DNA from: Candidatus Nomurabacteria bacterium | GTDB taxonomy: Bacteria > Patescibacteriota > Minisyncoccia > Phycocordibacterales > UBA9973 | Assembly: GCA_963832025.1 (NCBI GenBank) | Contig: CAWHSF010000002.1 | Span: forward strand, 17,496 to 81,495 | Reading direction: 5' to 3' | DNA length: 64,000 nucleotides | Shown here: positions 1 through 7,864 of the stretch, in pieces | How positions within the stretch are numbered: position 1 is the stretch's first letter | Layout of the letters: every line of letters begins with the position of its first letter | Made by a program: the position numbers and the translations under genes | Notes under the pieces: generated by a model | Database searches by the model: none | Told to the model about the DNA's origin: nothing | The model's input: the letters and a program-made list of their open reading frames with translations, nothing else

Positions 1-2338
1 GGAATTTGGCGAAATCCGGATAGTCCGAAGGCGCCTGACCACAAATACCGATGTATTTATTTTTATCTTTGCATTTGTGAATAATCTCGGCAATAAGTTT
101 TTTCACTGCGTCATTGTTTTCGTTGGCAATGTGAGTCACAATTCCAGAATCACGATCAAGACCCAGGGTAAGTTGCGTTAAATCATTCGAGCCGATTGAC
201 ATACCGTCAAAAATTTCCAAATACTGGTCTGCAAGAAGAATGTTTGAAGGAATTTCACACATAACGTAAACTTTTAGACTTTGGTCCTGCGCCCTATCTA
301 ACCCATTTGTTTTCATCACCTCAATTACTTGCTTCCCTTCTTCGGGCGTTCGGCAAAATGGAATCATTGGCACAACATTGGTAAAGCCCATTTCTTCGCG
401 AACTTTTTTCATCGCTCTACACTCTAAAGCAAAAGCATCTTTAAACTTTGGGTCATAATAACGAGAGGCTCCACGCCAACCAATCATTGGGTTTTCTTCG
501 TGGGGTTCATACAAATCTCCACCCAAAAGTGTGCGATATTCATTTGTTTTGAAATCAGAAAAACGAATAATCACCGGATGCGGATAAAATGTCGCCGCAA
601 TTTTGGAGATTCCTAACGCAAGTTCATCTACATAAAATTGAGCCTTGTCTTTATACAAAGGAGTCAGACGGTCAATTTCTTTTAATAGTTTGGTGATGTA
701 AGAAGTTTTCTTGCCTGCCTTTAATTTTTTATAATCAATCAAAGCATTTGGATGAAAACGAACATGTGAGGCAATAATAAATTCCAGTCTTCCTAGGCCG
801 ACACCTTCCACTGGTAAGTAATAATTCTTGAAGGCTTCATCTGGAGAGCCAATATTAACCATTATTTTTGTGGGTGCTTTTGGTATTTTGTCCAGATGAT
901 GTTCTTCTATGGTAAATGGAATTATGCCTTCATAGACATTACCTACTTTACCAGATGCATCGACTGTCACTCCTTTGCCATTTTTCAATACCTTAGTAGC
1001 AACATCAGCGCCGACAATACAAGGAATACCAAGTTCACGCGACACGATAGCTGCGTGAGAAGTACGCCCACCTTTATCTGTGACAATAGCGCTGGCAATT
1101 TTCATAATTGGCTCCCAGTCCGGATCGGTAATTTCTGTCACTAACACTTCCCCTTTTTTAAAAGAAGAAATTTGTTTTGCATTATGCAACACACGCACCG
1201 CTCCGCTACCAATCCTCGCGCCGACAGCAATACCACTCACCAAAATCTTGGAAGTTTTTTGTAATTTATATTCTTTCAGTACATTTTTGTCTTGGACTGA
1301 AGCGACGGTTTCCGGTCTGGCTTGAACGATAAAAAGTTCACCGGTTTTACCATCCTTGGCCCACTCAATATCCATCGGTTGATAATGACCATCTTTTTTT
1401 GAAAAATATTTTTCTATTTCATAACACCATTTTCCGAGCTTAATAACTTCTTCGTCCGTAATAGAAAATTTTTGTTGTTCCAATAACGGAACTTTTTCTT
1501 TTTTGGTTCCATTTCTCGCATAAACAAGTTTGATATTTTTTTGTCCGATGTTTTTTGCAATAATCGGACTCTTAACTCCATTATCTAAAGATGGTTTAAA
1601 AATTATAAATTCATCGGGAATCACTTCACCTTGCACGATAAATTCGCCGAGTCCATAAATGCCGTTGATTAAAATAACTTTATCAAAACCTGTTTCTGTA
1701 TCAATTGTAAAAGCGACACCGGAAGAAGCTTTATCCGAACGCACCATGCATTGGATACCGACTGAGAGTGCCACGTCAAAATGCGAGAATCCTTTGTCTT
1801 GTCGGTAAGAAATAGCCCGATCGGTAAAAAGCGAGGCAATGCATTTTTTTGTCGCAATCAGGACATTTGCAATCCCCTGCACATTCAGAAAAGTTTCTTG
1901 TTCTCCGGCAAAAGAGGCACCAGGTAAATCTTCCGCTGTGGCAGAAGAACGCACAGCAACATCTCTATTTTTTCCGTATTTTTGTTCCAAAAGAGCATAA
2001 GCTCCCGTAATCGCATCATTTAGATCGTCTGGCAAATCAGCTTTCAAAATTTCTTCGCGAACTTTTTTCCCGTGGGTTTGCAAATTACGAATATCTTTTG
2101 TATTTAAATCGGCAAGGATATTTTTTATTTTTTCATCTAAACCTGTTTGTTTAAAAAAATGACGATATGCATCGGCAGTCAAAGCAAAACCGTCCGGGAC
2201 ATTCACACCAAGTGGCACAAGGTTCCTAAACATTTCTCCGAGAGCAGCGTTTTTCCCTCCGACGGAAGGAACATCAACAATTCCCACCTCATTAAACCAC
2301 TTCACAAAAACTCTGTTTGTCTCTTTTGCTTCTGCCAT
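1..2338 (-). CDS. ppsA: Phosphoenolpyruvate synthase (pyruvate, water dikinase); 3' end cut by window edge
   Basis: The minus-strand frame is open from ATG at 2338 to the window edge, so it has no in-window stop and is absent from the ORF track. My translation starts MAEAKETNRVFVKWFNEVGIVDVPSVGGKNAALGEMF (PpsA N-terminus). The edge codons read KYIGICGQAPSDYPDFAKF (C-terminal barrel of PEP-utilising enzymes). Confidence 0.85.
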   Translation of the reverse strand, partial: MAEAKETNRVFVKWFNEVGIVDVPSVGGKNAALGEMFRNLVPLGVNVPDGFALTADAYRHFFKQTGLDEKIKNILADLNTKDIRNLQTHGKKVREEILKADLPDDLNDAITGAYALLEQKYGKNRDVAVRSSATAEDLPGASFAGEQETFLNVQGIANVLIATKKCIASLFTDRAISYRQDKGFSHFDVALSVGIQCMVRSDKASSGVAFTIDTETGFDKVILINGIYGLGEFIVQGEVIPDEFIIFKPSLDNGVKSPIIAKNIGQKNIKLVYARNGTKKEKVPLLEQQKFSITDEEVIKLGKWCYEIEKYFSKKDGHYQPMDIEWAKDGKTGELFIVQARPETVASVQDKNVLKEYKLQKTSKILVSGIAVGARIGSGAVRVLHNAKQISSFKKGEVLVTEITDPDWEPIMKIASAIVTDKGGRTSHAAIVSRELGIPCIVGADVATKVLKNGKGVTVDASGKVGNVYEGIIPFTIEEHHLDKIPKAPTKIMVNIGSPDEAFKNYYLPVEGVGLGRLEFIIASHVRFHPNALIDYKKLKAGKKTSYITKLLKEIDRLTPLYKDKAQFYVDELALGISKIAATFYPHPVIIRFSDFKTNEYRTLLGGDLYEPHEENPMIGWRGASRYYDPKFKDAFALECRAMKKVREEMGFTNVVPMIPFCRTPEEGKQVIEVMKTNGLDRAQDQSLKVYVMCEIPSNILLADQYLEIFDGMSIGSNDLTQLTLGLDRDSGIVTHIANENNDAVKKLIAEIIHKCKDKNKYIGICGQAPSDYPDFAKF

Positions 2339-2387
2339 AAAATATTTTGCACTCCGATCTGGATCGGAGTTTGTTATTAATAATTAG

Positions 2388-3623
2388 CTAGCCCGTCCTT
2401 TGGCGGGTAATTTTTTCTAACCTTTTATACTTTACCATTCTTTCCGGTTTTAAGGGAGAGCCAGCCTTCATTCCAAAACAATTAAAAGCAAAAGCAAGGT
2501 CAGCGATAAAATCATCAGTAGTCTCTTCTCCCCTGTGACTAACTATCAACTCAATATTGTTTTCCCTTCCTAATTTCATTGTTTCGAGCGTTTCAGAAAG
2601 GGTGCCGATTTGGTTGGGCTTGATAATCATTGCATTAATACTTCCTTTTTCTATCGCCTTTTTAAGAAGCATTTGGTTCGAAACGGTTAAATCGTCTCCT
2701 ACTATAAATAAATTCTTGTTTTCATCTTTTAACTTTCCAAAACTATCGAAATCTTCCTCGTCGAACGGATCTTCAATGGAAAATAAATTAAATTCCTTTA
2801 CTAAAGAATTATAAATATCCATCAATTCTTCCTCTGGTATTTCTTTCCCATCAACTTTATACATTCCGTTTGTAAAAAAAGATGAAGAGGCTGCATCTAT
2901 GGAAAACCTAACTTTACCCTGTAAATTATTTTCTTTTACAGCCTCAATTAAAAAAAGAAAGGGCTTTCGGACATCTGTAATTTTTAACGCAAAACCACCT
3001 TCATCGCCCAAAACAACAGACCCGAATTTTTCTATTATTATTTTTTTTAAAGTATTTTGTATCTTTATTCCGATATCAACAGCTTCGGAAACATCTTCTG
3101 TGTTGGGAACGACAAGATATTCTTGGAAAGCTAAAATATTGCTGGTATGTTTGCCGCCCTCAAGCAAGTTCATAAAAAGAAAAGGTGCTCTGCGCGACGG
3201 TTTGACTTCTGCAAGCGTTCTTAAATATTCATAAGTTTCAACTCCGGAAACCTTTGCGGCAACTTTCGCGCAAGCGATAGAAACTCCAATCATCGAATTA
3301 CCGCCCAAATTATCTTTATTTGGGGTACCGTCTAGTTCAATCATAGTTTTATCTATTTCGTTTTGATTTAAAATATCTTTTCCAAGCAAAACCGAAGAAA
3401 TATTATGGTTCACTTTCTCAATTGCATTTTTTACGCCTTTACCATCAGCATCTCGTAATTCGTGCGCTTCGTGAACTCCGGTAGACGCTCCAGATGGCAC
3501 CGAAAAACTATCAGATACATCACCTGACCATACTGTTACCTTCATTGTAGGATTTCCGCGTGAGTCTTTTATCTCTTCCGCCAAAATTTTACTAATTAGA
3601 AATTTTGGCTCATCGTTTATCAT
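2388..3623 (-). CDS. eno: Enolase
   Basis: 411-aa ORF with SGASTGVHEAHELRD, KPNQIGTLSET and SHRGEETTD enolase motifs. Confidence 0.92.
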   Translation of the reverse strand: MINDEPKFLISKILAEEIKDSRGNPTMKVTVWSGDVSDSFSVPSGASTGVHEAHELRDADGKGVKNAIEKVNHNISSVLLGKDILNQNEIDKTMIELDGTPNKDNLGGNSMIGVSIACAKVAAKVSGVETYEYLRTLAEVKPSRRAPFLFMNLLEGGKHTSNILAFQEYLVVPNTEDVSEAVDIGIKIQNTLKKIIIEKFGSVVLGDEGGFALKITDVRKPFLFLIEAVKENNLQGKVRFSIDAASSSFFTNGMYKVDGKEIPEEELMDIYNSLVKEFNLFSIEDPFDEEDFDSFGKLKDENKNLFIVGDDLTVSNQMLLKKAIEKGSINAMIIKPNQIGTLSETLETMKLGRENNIELIVSHRGEETTDDFIADLAFAFNCFGMKAGSPLKPERMVKYKRLEKITRQRTG

Positions 3624-3660
3624 GCTTTTAATTTTACCACATTTTTGCTACTATGAACAA

Positions 3661-4791
3661 ATGAAGTATTTTCTAACTAAAACTCGAAATCAGCTGATTC
3701 GGGATTTCTATGTTTGGATTTTAAAGCCCATTTTGTTTTGTTTTGACGCGGAAAACATTCATGATTCTTTCATTCAAATCGGACAGATTATAGGTAAATC
3801 TATAATTACCAAAAAAATAACGAGTTCCTTTTTTAATTACAAAAACTCATCTTTGGAACAAAATATTGTCGGTTTAAATTTTAAAAATCCCATAGGACTT
3901 GCGGCTGGTTTTGATTACGAGGGTAACCTGACGCAAACTATGCCTTGTGTCGGTTTTGGTTTTGAAACAATTGGAACTATTACCAATAATCCATATGAAG
4001 GAAATACAAAACCCAGACTCGGAAGATTACCTAAATCACGTTCACTTTTAGTTAACAAGGGATTCAAAAATCTTGGCATTCAGAAAACTTTGGAAAAACT
4101 CAACAAAGCACATTTTGAAATACCAACCGGACTAAGTGTTGGTGTGACAAATACTCTAGCTATCTCCAGTCAAGAAGAAGCTGTCTTGGATATTTTAAAA
4201 ACATTTGAGGCGGCAGAAATTTCAAAAATTCCTTTTGGCTATTATGAATTAAATATTAGCTGTCCAAATTTACAGGTTAGCGTAGAATTTTATTCGTCAA
4301 ATAATCTGGAGGAACTTTTGAAGGCTGTAACAAAAAATAAACTAAGTAAACCGTTGTTTATAAAAATGCCAATAGATAAAACCGATTCCGAGATTCTCGA
4401 AATGCTTAAAGTTATTGTAAAATATCCGGTCACGGCTGTTGTCTTTGGTAATTTGCAAAAGAATAAAAAAGATCAATCTCTTGATCCAGCAGAAGTGGCA
4501 CGTTTTACTAAAGGTAATTTTAGCGGAAAACCAACCGAAAAAAGATCCAACGAATTGATATCTCTGGCTTATAAAACCTGTGGCAATAAATTGATTATTG
4601 TTGGCTGTGGTGGAGTGTTTAATGCAAGTGATGCTTATCGCAAGATAAAAGCTGGAGCAACGCTCGTAGAGCTTATTACAGGCATGATATTTGAAGGTCC
4701 GCAAGTAATTAGCGACATAAACCTCGGCCTCGTAAAACTTCTTAAAAAGGACGGATATAAAAATATTAGAGAGGCTGTGGGTAAAGAATAG
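3661..4791 (+). CDS. pyrD: Dihydroorotate dehydrogenase (class 2-like)
   Basis: Motifs NPIGLAAGFDYEGN, LNISCPN and GCGGV...GATLVELITGMIFEGP. I moved the start to ATG 3661 (MKYFL...) because the track start at 3622 overlaps the eno start. Confidence 0.85.
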   Translation: MKYFLTKTRNQLIRDFYVWILKPILFCFDAENIHDSFIQIGQIIGKSIITKKITSSFFNYKNSSLEQNIVGLNFKNPIGLAAGFDYEGNLTQTMPCVGFGFETIGTITNNPYEGNTKPRLGRLPKSRSLLVNKGFKNLGIQKTLEKLNKAHFEIPTGLSVGVTNTLAISSQEEAVLDILKTFEAAEISKIPFGYYELNISCPNLQVSVEFYSSNNLEELLKAVTKNKLSKPLFIKMPIDKTDSEILEMLKVIVKYPVTAVVFGNLQKNKKDQSLDPAEVARFTKGNFSGKPTEKRSNELISLAYKTCGNKLIIVGCGGVFNASDAYRKIKAGATLVELITGMIFEGPQVISDINLGLVKLLKKDGYKNIREAVGKE

Positions 4792-4801
4792 TTCCATGGA
4801 G

Positions 4802-4849
4802 CTCCAGACGTTGGACGTCTGTAAGCTTACAGACGTCCAACGTCTGGAG
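4802..4849. repeat. Perfect 48-bp palindrome (GACGTTGGACGTC family) between convergent pyrD and glycerate kinase; probable bidirectional terminator
   Basis: CTCCAGACGTTGGACGTCTGTAAGCTTACAGACGTCCAACGTCTGGAG is its own reverse complement. Related copies lie at 5215-5254 and 22893-22934. Confidence 0.9.
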
Positions 4850-4862
4850 AATTATCCACTTC

Positions 4863-6164
4863 CTATTTCTTAGTAAGCAATATCATCAAATCCGAAACAT
4901 TAGCGCCGGTCGGACCGGTCATAATCAAATCGCCGGTCTTTTGAAAAAAATTATAGGAATCAAAACGAGTTGCATAATCATTCACATCTAATCCCAATTT
5001 TTCAACTTTCTCTATCGTTTCTTTATCTACCACTGCTCCGGCCATATCACTATTGTCCATGCCATCAGATGCAAAGGAAATAAACACCGAATCATCCCCG
5101 ACTAATTTCATTTTTATGGCTTCTAGTCCCATATGTAAATTCCTGCCTCCCTGTCCCGCATTTTTGGGTACCACAACACTCGGCTCGCCTGCTGCTAGAG
5201 TTACAGAGATTGGACCGACGTTGGACACCTGCTTTAGTAGATGTCCAACGTCGGGAGAATTCGTAAATATTTTTTCGAGCGCTCTATCAACTTCATCATA
5301 AAGTTCTGTAGAAACAATATTTACTTGTAAACCAAGCTCTTCCGATTTCTTCGCCATGGCATTAATCGCAGTGGTATTTGAAACGAGGACGAAGTTGTGA
5401 ACTTTTTCAAAATATTTATCTTCCTTTGGTGTCTCTACTAATTCAAAATTTCCCAAGTTATTTTCTGTAATAATTTTTTGCGCGTCGGTAATAGTTGTAT
5501 TGTCCTTATAAGTTGGACCAGAAGCAACATTCTCAAAAGAATTTCCAGGAATATCGGAAAAAACAAGCCCAATAATCGTTGCAGGATAAGCAACTTTAGC
5601 CAATCCCCCGCCTTTTAGAAGTGATAAATGTTTTCTGACAGTATTCATTTCCGAGATTGTGCCACCCGTTTTCAAGAAGCTATTATACAGGGCAACTCCT
5701 TGTTCACATTCTCTTTCGGGACAGCAAAGTAGTGAAGATCCACCACCAGAGACTAAAACAATAATTAAATCATTTTCCGTAGAATCTTTAATTGTTTCAT
5801 ATATCTTTATTCCAGCTTGAGCGTTTACCTCGGAAGGTCTTGGGTGGGTACCCGCAAAAGTTTCAATGCGTTTGCAATCAACTTTTTCCAAACCCACCAC
5901 AGCCCCAGCTGTAATTTTGTCTCCCAAAATTTTTTCCAACGTGAGCGCCGCCTTGCAGGAAGACTTTCCGAAACCAACAACTTTTATATTTTTAAATTTT
6001 GTTAAATCGAATTGCTCTCCTTTGATACACAAAACTTCTCCTTGCAGAGAAACCGAAGAGCTTATGACTTCTTCCGTGCTGATAGCATCAAGTCCAGCTT
6101 CTATTATTTGCAATGCTAGCTTACGATTTGGAGTTGTCGCCAGTTCATCAAAATTTTTAATCAT
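4863..6164 (-). CDS. Glycerate kinase (MOFRL family; glycerate 2-kinase/hydroxypyruvate reductase-type)
   Basis: 433 aa with motifs GFGKSSCKAA, LVSGGGSSLL, LLKGGGLA, GQGGRN and SDGMDNSDMAGAVVD. Confidence 0.8.
   Translation of the reverse strand: MIKNFDELATTPNRKLALQIIEAGLDAISTEEVISSSVSLQGEVLCIKGEQFDLTKFKNIKVVGFGKSSCKAALTLEKILGDKITAGAVVGLEKVDCKRIETFAGTHPRPSEVNAQAGIKIYETIKDSTENDLIIVLVSGGGSSLLCCPERECEQGVALYNSFLKTGGTISEMNTVRKHLSLLKGGGLAKVAYPATIIGLVFSDIPGNSFENVASGPTYKDNTTITDAQKIITENNLGNFELVETPKEDKYFEKVHNFVLVSNTTAINAMAKKSEELGLQVNIVSTELYDEVDRALEKIFTNSPDVGHLLKQVSNVGPISVTLAAGEPSVVVPKNAGQGGRNLHMGLEAIKMKLVGDDSVFISFASDGMDNSDMAGAVVDKETIEKVEKLGLDVNDYATRFDSYNFFQKTGDLIMTGPTGANVSDLMILLTKK
5215..5254. repeat. 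GACGTTGGAC palindromic element inserted in-frame in glycerate kinase
   Basis: CCGACGTTGGACA-cctgctttagtag-ATGTCCAACGTCGG, followed by GAGAATT as in the 4802 copy. It encodes SPDVGHLLKQVSNVG in the intact ORF. Confidence 0.8.
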
Positions 6165-6165
6165 T

Positions 6166-7149
6166 TTATTTATCCCGTAGTGAGCTTTGCTCTACTACTG
6201 GGACTAAATTAATCGGTGTGCCGGAAATAAGATTCTTAATGTTGTCTACTGTCGTGTGAATAATTCTCATCTCTGCTTCCACCGTATCAAAGGCAACGTG
6301 CGGAGTCATGACGACGTTTGGCAGATCAAGCATCGGCACATTGTCTCCTTTTTTTATTGCTCGTTCTCCTTCTAATACGTCCAAACCGGCACCAGCGATT
6401 ATGCCATCCTCCAAACCAACAACCAGCGCGTCAGTTTCAATCAATTCTCCACGAGCAGTATTGATCAAGTAAGCTCCTTTTTTAAACAAAGAAATATTTT
6501 CTTTGTTGATTAAATGATGATTCTCTTTTGTGTAAGGCGCATGAAGTGTGACAATGTCGGACTGTGCCAAAATTTCCGGCAAGCTTTTGTAGATAAAATT
6601 ATTTTCTTTGGCAAATGCTAAATCCGGATATAAATCATAAGCTATTACATTCATACCAAAGCCACGCGCGATGTGAATAACATTTTTGCCGATTTTCCCG
6701 GTGCCGACGACTCCCAGCGTTTTTCCGCTTAAATCAAAACCTTGCACATTTACGGGAACAGTATAATCTCTATTTTCTTTCAAAGATAAAATTGCTTCTC
6801 TCGTTTTTCTGGATAAAGTCAAAATTAAGGCAAAAGTAAATTCGGCCACCGTTTCGGAACCATAAGCCGGCACGTTGCAGATTTTTATATTTTTACTGTT
6901 GGCATAAGTGACATCGATATGGTCGAATCCGGTAGAGCGCGTGATAATCGCCTTTAAATTTGGCAAGCCATCGATAATTTCTTTTGTTATGACGGAATTG
7001 GTAAAAACACAGACAACGTCTACATCCTTGGCAAGTTCCAGATTGCTTTCGCTTAATTTTTCTTCATTAATAGAAATATCTACGCCGGCTAAAAGTTCCA
7101 AAAAAACAGCTTGTTCTGATTTTGGAACCTCAAAAAATGCGATTTTCAT
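6166..7149 (-). CDS. D-isomer-specific 2-hydroxyacid dehydrogenase (lactate/glycerate/hydroxypyruvate type)
   Basis: 327 aa with NAD-binding GVVGTGKIGKNV, plus NTARGELI and MTPHVAF motifs. Confidence 0.85.
   Translation of the reverse strand: MKIAFFEVPKSEQAVFLELLAGVDISINEEKLSESNLELAKDVDVVCVFTNSVITKEIIDGLPNLKAIITRSTGFDHIDVTYANSKNIKICNVPAYGSETVAEFTFALILTLSRKTREAILSLKENRDYTVPVNVQGFDLSGKTLGVVGTGKIGKNVIHIARGFGMNVIAYDLYPDLAFAKENNFIYKSLPEILAQSDIVTLHAPYTKENHHLINKENISLFKKGAYLINTARGELIETDALVVGLEDGIIAGAGLDVLEGERAIKKGDNVPMLDLPNVVMTPHVAFDTVEAEMRIIHTTVDNIKNLISGTPINLVPVVEQSSLRDK
6171..6203. repeat. ATCCCGTAGTGA/CTACTACTGGGA hairpin repeat (short form) forming the dehydrogenase C-terminus
   Basis: TATCCCGTAGTGAGCTTTGCTCTACTACTGGGA is nearly the same as 9721-9752. 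It encodes the last residues PVVEQSSLRDK; the stop codon (6166-6168) lies immediately 3' of it. Confidence 0.8.
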
Positions 7150-7172
7150 GGGTTTATTATACTCCCGATATT

Positions 7173-7544
7173 TTATTTAAACAAATTCTTAAACCATCCC
7201 CAAAAGCCGATAGGTGCGGGTGGCGGTGGCGGAGGGGTGTTGTCATCCAAAACCACAATTTCACTTTCCCCTGCTTTTGCTAAACCATAATTTTCCCGAA
7301 AAACTTCTTCTTTACCTTGGTCGGTATTTAGATTATTTATGTCTGATGTTAATTTTTCTTTTTGTTGCTCCATGGCAGTAATCTGATTCTCTGCAATTTT
7401 TTTATTCTTTTCCGTATCTTGCATTTTATTCCATAAACCCCAGATATTCCAGGCAAAAAACAATATTATTATTCCCAAGAGTACTAAGAATGGCTTAGAT
7501 TGAAAAACATCTCTCCAAACTCTTTTGCGTTGAAAATTTCTCAT
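7173..7544 (-). CDS. Septum formation initiator (FtsB/DivIC-like)
   Basis: One TM helix (FLVLLGIIILFFAWNIWGLW), then a coiled coil (ENQITAMEQQKEKLTSDINNL) and an RENYGLAKAGE motif. The start is ambiguous: the track start at 7613 (GTG) lies inside a repeat, so I prefer ATG 7544. Confidence 0.7.
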   Translation of the reverse strand: MRNFQRKRVWRDVFQSKPFLVLLGIIILFFAWNIWGLWNKMQDTEKNKKIAENQITAMEQQKEKLTSDINNLNTDQGKEEVFRENYGLAKAGESEIVVLDDNTPPPPPPAPIGFWGWFKNLFK

Positions 7545-7550
7545 AATATG

Positions 7551-7624
7551 ATCCCGGTAGTAGAACTTGGCAACGCACAAAGCGCGTCTTTTAAAGACCT
7601 TGCCAAGTCTCACTACCGGGTGAT
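7551..7624. repeat. 74-bp palindromic element (long form of the ATCCCGTAGT family)
   Basis: ATCCCGGTAGTAGAACTTGGCAA...TTGCCAAGTCTCACTACCGGGTGAT has inverted arms of about 25 bp. Its termini match the short copies at 6171 and 9721. Confidence 0.8.
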
Positions 7625-7753
7625 ATATTAAGTATATGCTTTTTAATAAAAAACATCAAAAGAAAATTCAAATTATTTGGATGATATTAAGTATTTTAAT
7701 GGTGCTTGGAATGATTTTACTTTACATCCCTAGTTTTAGACCTCAGTAATGCG

Positions 7754-7864
7754 AGGGGAAAATAAAACAAGTTTTTCCGGGTCGTAATTTTTCTGCTGAA
7801 AAATTTACTCCATCCTCGAGCTGTCGCTCTGCGGAGTCCCAGAAAAACTTGTTTTATTTTTCTC
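7754..7864. repeat. 111-bp structured inverted-repeat element spanning the lepA stop codon
   Basis: Left arm GGGGAAAATAAAACAAGTTTTTCCGGG (7754-7780) pairs with right arm CCCAGAAAAACTTGTTTTATTTTTCTCC (7837-7864). The 56-nt interior holds further small hairpins (TTTTTCtgctGAAAAA, ACTCC...GGAGT). Confidence 0.8.

Noticed and set aside
7173-7230. The poly-proline C-terminus (TPPPPPPAPIGFWGWF) of the FtsB-like protein as a special feature.
   Set aside because: It is a short low-complexity tail. It is interesting only in relation to EF-P dependence, and nothing further is supported by the sequence.
7635-7748. 37-aa hydrophobic mini-ORF (MLFNKKHQKKIQIIWMILSILMVLGMILLYIPSFRPQ) in the lepA-ftsB spacer.
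   Set aside because: It has no RBS or promoter that I can support and no conservation evidence. AT-rich spacers readily produce such ORFs, so I note it but do not call it.
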